Source: Raillietiella orientalis
Lineage: Eukaryota
NCBI GenBank assembly: GCA_036172245.1
Contig: JAYWIR010000012.1
Coordinates: 4,216,001 to 4,280,000, forward strand
DNA: 64,000 nt
Direction: 5' to 3'
Notes under the pieces: generated by a model
What the model was told of the DNA's origin: nothing
Database searches by the model: none
The model's input: the letters and a program-made list of their open reading frames with translations, nothing else
Position numbers and translations under genes: made by a program
Shown here: positions 1 to 12,195 of the stretch, in pieces
Layout of the letters: each line of letters starts with the position of its first letter
Position numbering within the stretch: position 1 is the stretch's first letter

Positions 1-59
1 CACTAGAAAAGGATCGTCCCTTATTCATTTGATACTACAGGTGATCTCCTATCGATCCA

Positions 60-1400
60 AACTTTGTCGTTGCATCTTGAAAGCCGGGAGATGGCTGCAG
101 AACGAGACCGAATGCTCCACCACCCCAGTCCTCTGTTTTCTAGTAAACACAGAAGACAGCTAGCAGCTGCGTTTCCGTCGATGAAGCTATCATAGATCTA
201 CTATCTTCTGCTCAATCACGGAAGAGGCTTCCGTTCGTGTCCCAAATCGAAATTCTATGCGAAAAGTTCCACCAGTCACTTTCTCCTCGTACTCGCAGCA
301 GCTGCAGCAGCGTATGATCCAAAGAACAAAAGAAGTGCATGAACATCACAAGCTGAGAGTATTTCTCAGTGGGAGCGCATATCTGTCCAGCCAAACGCAA
401 ATTTCACCGTTCTCGAGGTGACGGGAGTTTCGAACTGAAACCCGAAATCGGAAAGTCACGTTTCCTGTTGGAAAAGGGAAGCTTTGGGAACGCGCGCGAA
501 TCCTTTTTCCTCCAGAAAGGAAACAAACCAAACCTTCAAAAGCACGCAAAAGATCGTGACTGTGTCCAAAGTCAGAGAAGCTCCCTCCTGAAAACCTGAC
601 TGCTGTGATCGCCACCCGTGGAATGGGCCCCCGAGGGCCGCTTCCGCCTGCAAAGGCGAGGCGGAAGCGAAAGGAAATTTGGAAAGATTCCGCATTTTCC
701 ACAACGGACAGTCCGTTCAGTTTGTACGATTTTTATATGCAGTGGTTGTTTGCTTTGGCTGAACTTACTAAAAAATAAATGCATTGCTGTGATCAGGAGA
801 TTTCTGCTAGCCTCCCCTCTTTGTACTCCGAGATGGTCGCAATTCTACGTGCAGTCGTCTCGACTCGTTTCAGTTTCACATCTCCACTCTCCATGTATGC
901 TGCATGGATGCAGCAGGGAAATTTTACCTTGTTCTTAACACTGCACAATTGAAATACAAATCAAACGCATTAGGCACATCCCCTCCACATTTACAAAGAT
1001 GTATTCCAGAAGTTTCCAGAATCACTAGAAAAGCAAACAGACATGAAAGAAGACTTTTTGGATTCCTAAGAGCTTACCCTGCACTCCACAATACTCGCCT
1101 TGTTACACTTACACACTTTTCTTTTCTTTTCTTTTTTTTTCTTTTTTTTTTTTTTTTTTTTACCAAGGGTCCTTATCCCTGACAAAAGAATTGCACCACC
1201 TCTTTTACTGGAGTTAAGGTGCCGCCGTCTGCCAGATGAGATGCGATTTATTAGCATTCCAGCTCGTGGACCACGGATACTTGAAATGTTTACCTTCAGA
1301 GATTTCTCGAGGTTTGCTGCACTCTGTTTCAAACATTCCAGAGCCACGCTGACCAATGCCGTCCTGACGTTCCAAATGGACTGACAAAACGGACATTCGA
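60..1400 (-). mobile_element. Decayed RTE-like non-LTR retrotransposon, AP-endonuclease (APE) region, fragmented
   Basis: Minus-strand translations give APE motifs in the expected order: IWNVRT (~1380-1363; family TWNVRTL), RGGAILL (~1203-1183; GVAILL), then QICAPT...FFCSL (~385-320; QVYAPT...FY..L). Interrupted by frameshifts, stops and a T-run. Boundaries approximate. Confidence 0.55.
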
Positions 1401-2591
1401 TCCTCAGCGTGAAAGAGAGTCCCAAATCGAGAATGAAATATCAAGTTCTTTGACTCGTGTGCAGATTTTTCTTTTCGGGTGAACGAATAGCTCATAGGAC
1501 GGCCAACTCGGTTTTCCCGAAATGTGGAATTTTCTACGTTTGTAAAAAAAAAAAAAAAAAAAAAAAAATTGCTCCATGGATCTTTCAAGGGAAGCCATTT
1601 CATAGCTATCAGTTGGGGACAGTGGAAACGGAAGTATTTTACGGATGGAACAAACCGAAAAATGGTGATCCGTACTTTTTTTTTTTTTGGTTTTACTTGC
1701 GTATTTTACCCTTACGTTGGTTGAGCCATAAGTACCACTCGCTTATTTTGCTTTTGTTTTTACACAAGTATACACTGAGAAGGAGAAATACCCTCCTCCA
1801 TGAAGAGATTTCCGACACAAGAATGGGGGGTCAGCATTTTGTAAAGTCCTGATTTGCCGCATTTGCCTTTTCGCCAGAGGCGGTCCTCGACACGGAGGTG
1901 GGATATGGCTCGACGGAACACAAAATTTGGGGTTCGGCAGCAAAGTCCAATCTGACGCAGCTCCAACATTCTAATCATTCAAAACGCTGAACGGAAACTT
2001 CTTGAACAAAATCGAGCTTTTCGAATTTTCTTAAAAACAGAACCTGTAAGATAAACTTTTACTTTCAAGCATATAAAATGAAATTACCTTCAGGGACAGT
2101 CAGTCTTCTGTTTGCAAATTAAATTCGAATAATACGAATTCTCAGAGTGACTGACTGTTGATTTGCGTCAAACTATGAGGTTTCCGACCAATTTTTATGC
2201 GTATACAGTTTTTAAAGACACTGTAGGGTCAAACCACCTGTTCTGTGACAGTTCCTGAATGCAAAGAACACAATGGTGCATTGCAACCAGCACAAAAAAA
2301 GTCCAAAATGGCTCAAAATGTGACAAAAAAAATTGCCCCGCACTCTCAGCAGCCGACAGATAAAACTCATCAACTTAATTCAAGATCCATAATGCAACTT
2401 TCCCAAGAAAAATAGTATCCGCATGCAAACACCATATTCTTATCAGCGTAAAAGAAATATTGTGTTGCACAAGAAATGAATCGAAAAAAATCTGCAACCC
2501 TGAGATTATAATATAAACCACTGCTACAAAACATACTATTTTCAGTCTAAAAACCATTTAATGCATCATATCCAAAAAAAAAAAAAAAAAC

Positions 2592-5500
2592 TCATCCGCT
2601 CTTCTTTTCTTCTGTAGTAGCAGCTTCACTTTTACTTGGGTGATCTTCATAACTAGAACGACTTGTGATCATGACATATTTTTTGTCTTTTTACCTGATT
2701 AACTGTTTGAGATCACCTTTTATAAGGGCAAGAGAAAGTGGGGTTGCAATACACAGTGGAACCAGGTACAAAAGGGCTGGCTGAGCATGCCGGAATATAT
2801 GCATCACGCTGATGGTCAGCAGCAATCCAACAATATATGCCAAGAAAGTGGCATGAAAATAGTATTTTGAATCTTTTTTCAAACTACAAGACGCATGATA
2901 ATGATTGACAGAAATGGTAGTTACCTGCAATCAAAGCGAAGAAGCAATGCAATGAAGATTCCAGGAATGACAATATCACCTAAGCCTAACATGGCAAAAT
3001 TATTGGCAAGGAAGCCATTTTCGAGAAGATCCTGAGGAAAGACCACTGGAACACAATACAACATGCTAACAACAGCTGACTTACACTTGATAGGAGCCTC
3101 AAAAGACTTTGCTACACTGATCATTACATTTGTGCCAAAAACCCAGAATACATCATACACAAACAGACCACCCAACAAAATGCATCCAATAATGATACTA
3201 TTCAAATGAAGCATCTCAATGCCTGTCAAGGCAAAGGCCAATCCAAAAACATTGTTAGCAATCCAATGCTACAAGACACCATTAGCATATTCTGGCAAAA
3301 CAAAAATTTAATACTTTTTTCAGCAAATACCAGACACCAAACAATGCTGAGAGCAAGGTACAGTACACATATAAACCATCGAATTTCTGATCTATAATTG
3401 GTGTATTAAGATCCTTCTGTCTCTGCATTAGTGTCAGATGGAAATTGCTATCCAAGAAAGGAATGTTAACCACATGGGCTAAAGGAGATATACACTTCTG
3501 TAACACAGGACTACAACAGAAAAGCATTAACACATGGATCAGTAAAAACACTCATTTATGTAAACATGAACTCATACACTGGTAATCACACACTCTTCAC
3601 CAGGAGTAAATGTTCTTACCTGAATAAATTTGATACGGCTAATACACCTAACATGAAGAAATAGAAGGCCAACAGCATGTTCACATACTCCTTTGAGAAG
3701 ATCTAAGAACGGAAAACTCGACAGCTATAATTACGCAACAGAAAATGTTCTTAAATTTGACAGTAAGTCAGTTATTGTGAAAATACATACTATGCTTGCA
3801 TTTATTCACAAAATAACATCTAAAAAACATGTACAAACACGATTCCTAAAGAATTCTTATCTAATCAAAGTTTGTGTCAAAAAAAAAGTCAAAGGTAAAA
3901 AGTCACATCAAACATAAAAACTGTACAATTATAAGCATTCGAGTATAATAACATACAAATCTGATTGTTTTTAGCATTGAAGTGCCAAAGTTTGTTTACA
4001 AATAGGCTCTTGCACATTAAAATTCTGGATTACAGAAACAGTTTGTTATTAATTCTCTTTTTTGCCAAACTGCTGATTGATCACTAATTTCAATCCTAAA
4101 GTAGAGTAAAATGCAAATGAATGTACACAGTGAAGACGAGTTAACTTTATTTTGTACATCTGTATATGTGGAAAGAGTACATTTACATACTGGCACTACT
4201 TTATCAATACCTCAATGAGTGCAAACAATGGCATAGAATTGGAAAAAACTACAATTAATCAGAAGACCTTATTTCGATTTAAAATAAAAAATAGGTCATA
4301 TACATTTGGCATAGAAGATACAACAAAATGGCAAACAATATGAACAGTTTGCTTAGTAGAACTTACTGCACAATAGTGAATAAATTATTGTTCAAATTTT
4401 AACACCTTCATTTCGTGTGAATAGAAACCAAACATGATTTAGTTTTGTTGAGATACAACGTCAACATTTGTTAGAAATATTATTAACTGATGTCATGACT
4501 ACAAAGCACATGGACTTCCTTTTAATTACTTTACAACTAGCTGTAAGCAAATTCTGTGTGTACGAAAGTTTCGAATTGCTTGCAGAATAATTTTTGCAAC
4601 ATGTTTAATCTCTTAGATCTATCCTCCATTAAACAATAGGCCAACATTCACATTTTATTCAGGATCCATGGCTTCAACTGTTATTTAAATTTACACAAAT
4701 TCTAGTTATCAAACACTTTATAACATATTCTGCTATATACCTTTTTCTTTAACACAAAAAATAAGATGGGACACAAGCAGAAATAAATGAATTTTTGGAT
4801 GGAATAAGTTTGACTGAGCAATCATTACATACTACAGCTGTTAAAAATGGAAAAATGCAAAAAAACAATCTTTATGATCAATTTCCAATAGTTGCAATAG
4901 GCAATGTACTTACGATAAAGAATGAAAAAAGTAACTCACATGGAAAAAATGTTTAAAAACATTATGGAAAATAGAGCTGAGGGTGAAAGAACCCTGAATA
5001 CAGTACAATTAAAAAGCAGGTCATTTGAACTTACTGTATTAATTTTTTCATTTCTATGTGTGTCACAATTACAATTGAACTGAACAACATGGATGAAATG
5101 TAAACGAAAGGGCTTAAAGATTCCTGCTGAAAATAAGTAAACACTGTTTTCTTTTACTTCTCATGTTGTATGCATGCAAAACTTGCTGCAAACATAAAGA
5201 CCACATGAAACTTTAACTTTCCGACTTACACTGGCAACTACAGATATTACGTTTTAACACACCATATATATCTACAACTACAATGACGATGCAGAAAAAT
5301 TATGGCAAACAATCACACAATTTAGCAAAATGTGGAAAGCAAGAAAGACCACATATTTGTGCTTGTAACAGAACACACAAATTGAGCAACATGGGCAAAA
5401 ACAAATCATATTCGAAATAACTTCTACATAATCACTTCTAATTTTTTTAATTCTTCGCTCTTCAAGTAATTTTTAACTTTTTACTCAAAACAAATCACGA

Positions 5501-6141
5501 GTTGTTTCAGTGAATCTTTGTCTGATCAGTGGGCTGTTGATAATATAAACATACCTAGAAACCGCTACTAATGATTACCAACTGCATGTTGCATAATGAA
5601 TTAGCTAATGTATCTACCAATAAAAAAAGCAAACTCTCTATCAATGTCGGTGTACTGTATGTTGTTTCCTGAAGTATTAATAACCGATGCATACCTGAAA
5701 AACCACATAAATGGTGAATAGGCCGCAACTTGCATAAATGGGAAACATTGCTGCATCTTTTTTAGTGATACTATCCAGGACTTCACCAGAATTCTAGGAT
5801 AAGACATCATAATTACATTTACTTCCCAATAATATGACAAATTACTTTGTCTTTTTATGCAACGAATGCACATGATAATACATACTGCTACCATTACCAA
5901 CAATAATAATACAATTGCCAATTGCAACAAAATGAATAAACGTCAACCTACTACAATCAACGGATCAGAAGGCACAACAAACCTTTTGTCTTTGATGGTA
6001 CTTTACGGACCGGAAAGCACCAAAATATATGGGTAACAGAGACATAATTAGTAAACTGCTATATGCAACAAACATTCCTTGAGTGGTGGCAACAGGTTTC
6101 ACTGTTGCATTAGTAGAAGTAAAATTTTCCATATGCTCCAT
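2592..6141 (-). CDS. HM13: Signal peptide peptidase (minor histocompatibility antigen H13, GxGD intramembrane aspartyl protease), 8 exons
   Basis: Exons 6141-5983, 5793-5695, 3702-3620, 3510-3315, 3268-3085, 3045-2925, 2883-2695, 2652-2592; all GT-AG and phase-compatible. Protein has catalytic YD (LFVYDVFWVFGT), LGLGD, QPALLYLVP and a C-terminal KKxx ER-retrieval motif (EEKKSG*). Confidence 0.97.
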
Positions 6142-8359
6142 TATCAAACACGATCCTCAATCCATTCTACTAGCGGCTTACGCTCCGCTCAACTGTACAC
6201 ATGGCATGTGAATTATCGTAAACAATTACGAGGTACCAACTCAAGCATATTTCATCCCCGCATATTACAATACGAAAATAAACAAACGAAGTGTTAACCA
6301 AAAATAGATTAGTCGGCCCCATTTAACTATAATGGATATGAACAGTGAAGTTGAAATTTGAAAATGCTTTTCTAAAAGCATAAAATATCTCGCTTAGACA
6401 AAGCATATGCGACATATTATTACAGTAAGAGTATGCTTGATATTCTAGATATATTGGGTATTACAGTATAGGCTTTTAGCTGTTGAACATAAGTTTCATA
6501 AATGAATTGGGATGCTTATGACATTTCAGGGGCGTGGGGCATAAAAAGCCATCAATTGTTATATCACAAGCCAGTATTCGGCTTGCCATCCTAGGAATGC
6601 AGTTTATTTCACATACTTCTAAATGATTAAAATAGGAGTTGGGACTCATTAGAAACACGATAGCATTACATTACACTGATTATGATGAATTTAATTATAT
6701 TTTAAACAATCATATTTATTATATTTTAACGCTCTGCATTGCCATTCCATTTTATTCCAAGTTGATTCGGGATGAAAATGCTCTAAATTTGATAGAATTC
6801 ATTAGGAATTACATTTTAAGAGTATCACATGAGGAATACAGGAACGTTTCCTCGCTGCACCACTTCTTTCGATATGAACGAACAGAGAAAATCGACAACC
6901 TCCGTGCTGCGCAGTCGCTGCAGGAACCTAACTTGCGGTTTAGAGCTACTAAACATGGACATACAACTATGGTAATATTCAGGATAGTTTCCTCACTCTC
7001 AATAAAATCAATTTTATTGCAGGAGGATACAATAGTGTGAAAATGGTCATTGGAACAAAGAAATTAATTTTCTACTGTTTATTCCTTCAATGAAGCAGTT
7101 TCTTTAAATCGTGCACAGCATACACAACTCTTGAAATACTTTTTGTCGTTGCCTTTGTCCGTGGAAGCTGCATAGGACTTCAAAAATGCATAGGATTTTT
7201 TAACGAATTAATGAGTCTCCAAAGTCTCTTGTATTTGTTGCCTTTCGCTTCTTCCCCCCCCCCCCTCTCTCTCTCTCTCCGGCTTAAGAATTTTCCCTTC
7301 TTACCATACTCACCATCAAAGTTAAATCTGCACTTGGCTAACTGTCTCCGTTTCCAGAGATGCCTTAATCGTTAGCGAAAAAGTTCGCATTCTGGAGCTC
7401 CATCCTTCTTCACAAAGTCACGATTAGCTGCAGCAGCTTTAGGTCTTACCGACCTGAATAGAAATAGTCAGATTCCATAGAACCCAAATCTGCAGATCCT
7501 GAATAATGGAATCAGTTACCAGTTGCTTTTTCGGCTGATTTTCCATTTAATTCTTATTTATTTTCTTTGTTCTTCTTCATTATTCCGAACTGTGTCTACA
7601 TGGCAAGACAACATCATCGTATTTTTTTGACAATGTATTGCGTAGATTGCAGTGATTCTTACCTGCCAACTTGAAAACATGTCTTCATTCGTTGTATGCT
7701 GTAGAGCTGCACAACGTCTGGAAAGGGACACGAGGTTCAGGCGTTCTCCTACGAGGTGATAGATGGCTCTCTCTCTAAGAGTAGAAGCCACTGCACATCT
7801 GCTTCGATTCTCCATTCTGATGTCATCCCCGCGCCTCCCCCTCCTTTATTTCTTCGGAACAGTTCCGAGCTCCCAATTCATCCAAAAATTTTCCCCGCTC
7901 CCGTTTCGAGCAAGGACACGTTCGTACATCAGAGTTCTGATGTACGCAGAACTTATGCTTCTGTTTGATTGTGGGAGCCGCATCTCTGAGCCACTCAGGC
8001 AGCAGCGTCCTTTGCCAATGATACGTTTCTTCCTGTGGAAATTCCAATTTTTTCTTGGAGCGGAGCTGGAGAACACAATAGAATTTAGCAACGGAATTCA
8101 ATTCATCTAAGCCTCTTCTTCGTAATCTCAGTGCTGCCGTATGTTCTCTCAACACGGAGACTGTCACGTGGTTGAAACCGCTGAATTCTATCAAGAGAGC
8201 ACACCAATTACTTGTCAAACAGTGTAGAATGTTCTTTCACTTTAGCCATGAAAACAGCATTCACGACATGAAATCTGTCTCATCATGTGCTCCGTCTGAT
8301 TGATAAGCCCGAGTTTTTGCGAGCGCTTGGTCCTAGATCCATACCGATCCACACCATAG

Positions 8360-8947
8360 AGATGGGGGCAGCAGCGTGTGGGACCAAAAGGGTGTGCTTT
8401 TGAAGGGTGGACCTCATGGAGCCTGGAACAACCATCACTTCGCAAGTCCACTGTGAAACGCTTTCACAGTGGACCTCCTTCCAGACTGCGGCGTGCCATT
8501 CAGAACCGACGACGTGGAATGCTGAGATCAGGAACGGTTGTTCTCCTCCACGGCAACGCGCGCCTTGGCAACACATGCTGTCCCCACATTTCAGACAATC
8601 CAGAAATCCGAAATGGGAATTTTTTAATATCACCCATTTTACAGTCCCGACCTCGCGCCCAGTGGCTACCACGTCTTCCTTCCTGCACCTCCAGCGATTC
8701 GAGGGGGAAATGGAGGACTTGGAAACTCCAGTGCTGCTGGATTGACTGAACTCCCAGGCGGCGGAATTTCATGCAGAAGCTTTAAAAGACCTCGTTCCAC
8801 GGTATCAAAAATGTTTGGAAAAAAAATGGTGACTACGTGGAAAAATGACGTGGGGATGTATGTGTTTAGAACCAAGAATACATTCTTGTTTCTCTTATTC
8901 GTTCTTTCTTTACACCCTATCGGCCCTCACTTTTGAAATGCACCTCG
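8360..8947 (+). mobile_element. Mariner (Tc1/mariner) transposon remnant: 3' half of transposase plus right TIR; inactive
   Basis: Frameshifted pieces read WDQKGV, MEPGTTITS..CETL, RLRRAIQNRRRGML..G.VLLHGNAR (HDNA to HGNA), YSPDLAPSG (third catalytic D to G), LNSQAAEF...LVPRYQKCLE and GDYVEK* (stop ~8846-8848). A TIR-like end follows: cggccctcacttttgaaatgcacctcg. Confidence 0.92.
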
Positions 8948-8999
8948 CACGATGAGGAATTTCTGAAATAAAATCCTCTGGAAGCAGCAGTTTTCCTTC

Positions 9000-9374
9000 T
9001 TGGCTTTTAATTTCTATGGACATTTCTATGGTTCACGTAACCTTCGAACCTTGGAATTTGTTTTAATCATGCATTATGGCCACGCGCGGGAAAACGTTGG
9101 ACTCCCAATACAGCACTTGTGTGACGGCAGGACTACCCAATCTTCGAATCATTAGGTCCCATCTTCTCTGAGAGTTATGGGAGGACCATTATTTCACATC
9201 TCTTAGAATGACTGAGGACGGATGGTGGACGGAGTGGATGTATTTCGAAGAGCACATCACTGGGAATATCGAATGAACTTTAAATGAAATCAAGACGTTT
9301 GTGATTCTTCATGCTCTTTTTGTAGAGCTGTTGCTCCGTACGACTAGTCGCTTTTTAGACGATGCATACAAGAA
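9000..9374 (-). mobile_element. Decayed non-LTR reverse transcriptase fragment, apparently interrupted by the piggyBac insertion (continues ~10283-10520)
   Basis: Minus-strand remnants resembling DFxKAFD (LDFI*SSFDIP) and QGxxLSPxLF (KCCIGSPTF) lie left of the piggyBac. IYLFCQERGIFTFCGTQFMLL lies to the right and resembles the KG...NYRxIxLL region. Weak and degenerate. Confidence 0.35.
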
Positions 9375-10282
9375 TTATCCTTAGAAGGGTAAGGTGACGA
9401 TTTTGTGCATAAATGGTTGCGTGGTGTCATATGGAACACCAATTAAAATGATAAAAATTGAATCATTTTTCACGAACACTTTATTTTGCTAATGAAGTGC
9501 AATCCTGTTTCCAAATTATATTACCTTGACCACATAAAGGCGCTGGGCAGACGTGACTTTTCTGCAACGGTCACATACGCTTTTCCCTTCCTTCCCGGCT
9601 GGCGGCACGTGGAGGAACCTTTTCGCGGCGCTTACGGGCTTTCGGAACACCTTGGAACATCTTTATTTCGTGCAGATAAGGTCAAATTTCGCAACGGACG
9701 AGGCAAACTTGTGCGTTGCAGCCGGCTTTCCCTACGAGGTGCTACAAGTTGGTCCCCTCAATTTCGAAGGAACATTTTCCCGGAAATAGCTTTATACTTT
9801 GGATTTCCGGGGTTGTTGGCAATGAACACCACATACGAATTGATCCCGGCCCCGTCTAACATTCCATGAAAAAACTCTCAAAGGCCATCCGCATCACTGT
9901 CATCAGCTGCAAATTCGTCGTCTTGTACGCCCTCTGCTTCCGACTTTCCGTCATCCACGTCTTGGTCTTCCGTTTCTCCTCTTTCATAGCGTCCAATCAA
10001 CCCTTCCCGTTCATTTCGTGTGAAAATTCCAGTAGGAGAGGCCACGGGTGCAAATTTTTCCGTGTCACGCAAGAGGTGACGGACGTGGTGTCGTACACCA
10101 CACAACGGGCACGAAATGAAACGGAAGCAGCCGACGTGCACGCAGTTGCGGCTGCATGCATAATGGAGGCTTCGTAAGAGGAAGCTGCAACGGCATGCTC
10201 GCAACACTCACCATGGCAGAGAGTCTGCACACTTTCGTTCCTGTGTGCCGTATGTGACGCCACGTTATCCTTCTAGGGTTAG
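9375..10282 (-). mobile_element. Non-autonomous, internally deleted piggyBac element (~900 bp)
   Basis: Inverted termini ccttagaagggtaa (9379-9392) and ttatccttctaggg (10265-10278, reverse complement ccctagaaggataa), flanked by TTAA-like TTAT (9375-9378) and TTAG (10279-10282). Subterminal repeats at ~9421-9440 and ~10243-10263. The minus strand has an acidic N-terminal piece joined to the transposase C-terminal motif FFHGMLDGAGINSYVVFIANNP...FLRN*GDQLVAP. Confidence 0.85.
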
Positions 10283-11739
10283 GCAGCAAACATTTAAGCA
10301 TGGGAGGACGCAGTGTTTCCAGCGTACACCAGAATAGAAACCTTAACAGCATAAATTGCGTTCCACAGAAGGTAAAAATCCCCCTTTCCTGGCAAAATAA
10401 ATAAATACCGTTAGTTACATGTGCATTTACCAATACCTTTTGTGTCCCATTTCGTTGTCGTAACTTTCTAAATACGCTCGAAGGAATTCTCTGGAAACGA
10501 TGAGGATTGAGCGATGCCATTCCCAGGCCACCTCGAGAGAGAACGTAGGAATTGAACGCGTTCCTTCAGAACCTTTAATGATAGCTGGCTGGCGCCAGTG
10601 CCTCTGCGCACCCACACCGATCCGGGGACGCACCAGTCGGGGTGCAGAGCGCCACACGAAACTCGTCTCTACGGAGGCTATCTAGCGTTTGCGCGAAGCG
10701 TCTGATAAGAGATGCTCTGCATCATGAATGCATCAACTTCAAGCTGAAAGCTCTTTCCATAGAGACGGCCTCTCTACTCACCCGTGCGATTGAGCGAAAA
10801 AACGTCACCACAGAACCGCCTTCCATATCTGAGCGAACGTTCGAAACTCCTCCCTTAGGAACCGCTGGCTCAGAAGGGTTTCCGCTGTTCCCAGCAGCCA
10901 TCGAGGGTTCCTTGCGTTACTCAGTTTTATCGAACAGAAACAGAAGAAGAAGTTATAAATTATCTGAGATTTTCGACGGAGATTCCACCTGCTGTTCGAC
11001 CTCAAGATGGCCTGCATATGATCTGCTGGCAGCCTTTTTCTCATAATAAAGCTCGCTGAAAAAATCACTGAACCGTCCTTGTTTGATGAGGTGACGAGAG
11101 CCAGGAGCGACGAGCATTCATCTGTACGAACTGTCAAAGATAGTACCGAATTTAGCAAACGCTAGATCGGCAAGCCCAGCTTGCGCCAGCTCTGCTTCCA
11201 GCTCCTCTCGCAGTTCCGCTTGCCCAGGCTCCACACAGGGAACCTTCATTTCAACCTCCTCCGTTCCTCTAACGCCTGGACCCTTTGGAGACAATCAGTT
11301 TGTCTCCTAAGGGAACCTCGAAGGAAACCACCTCTTCCTTATTCTCCCCAGAGGGATTCCTAAAAGGGGATTGCTCCATTTTTTCTTCTCCAAGGGGAAC
11401 CCACAAGGGAACTGCTCCTTGTTTCCTTCCCTGAAGAGCACCCCGAAAGGAAGCTTCCCGAATTCCTCTGAAAGTCACACCCCGAAGGGAGCAGCACTCT
11501 TCTTTGCACTCTGGAGAGGTATCATCAATCCCCCAGCTTCATGGTAGGAGACGGAAGTTCCCCCCGAAGGAAGGGAGGGTGGCTGCTCCTTTGCATAACC
11601 GGAGGGGAATCCCAAAGAGAACTCCTTGATTCTGTTTCCTGGAAGGACCATGGAAAGTCGACTCTCGATCCGGGCCACTCATCGTGGGCATAGGGTTTTG
11701 ACCGCCACCAGCGCGGCACCCGAATAAATGTAAACCAGC

Positions 11740-11850
11740 CAGCGTCATCTCGCGCCAACTCGAACCCACGACGCACCCCCATCTCTCGGCGTCGATTCTT
11801 TCCGCGTATTCGAACCCGCGAACGCCTGGCGCCACGCGCGGAGACCGCAA
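11740..11850 (-). repeat. tRNA-like (B-box-bearing) SINE-type repeat, copy 1
   Basis: Shares ctcggcgtcgat (11785-11796), ttcgaacccgc (11809-11819; minus strand GCGGGTTCGAA, Pol III B-box-like) and ggagaccgc (11840-11848) with copy 2. Confidence 0.45.
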
Positions 11851-12049
11851 CTACGTGGACTCCGACAAGGGCTCATTTCTTCTCGCAAACTTCTGTTTTT
11901 TCCCCTTCCTCCTGAGACCTCCCACCTTCGGGGAAATAACCACCGCCGCTCTTATTTCTACCGCGACTTCTCGGAGGCTGCATCTGGGATGCTCACCTCG
12001 AGGCTCGGGAGTTTTTTTTTCCATCAGGTTCAGAGGACGGCCAACACAG

Positions 12050-12195
12050 CCGGCGCCATCCTGCAGAGGGGCACGAAACCCGCTACGCACCTACCGTTCT
12101 CGGCGTCGATCGTTCCTTGGGAGGCATCCAGCGTTCGAACCCGCAACGCTGGATGCCACAGGCGGGGAGACCGCGCAGACACACGGCCGCCAAAG
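12050..12195 (-). repeat. tRNA-like (B-box-bearing) SINE-type repeat, copy 2
   Basis: Same three blocks at 12099-12110, 12134-12144 and 12166-12174, in the same orientation as copy 1. No cloverleaf could be built. Confidence 0.45.

Noticed and set aside
7750..7758. tacgaggtg as a left TIR of the mariner, ~1.2 kb upstream of its right end
   Set aside because: Only ~7-9 nt match and the intervening sequence has no 5' transposase motifs such as WVPHEL.
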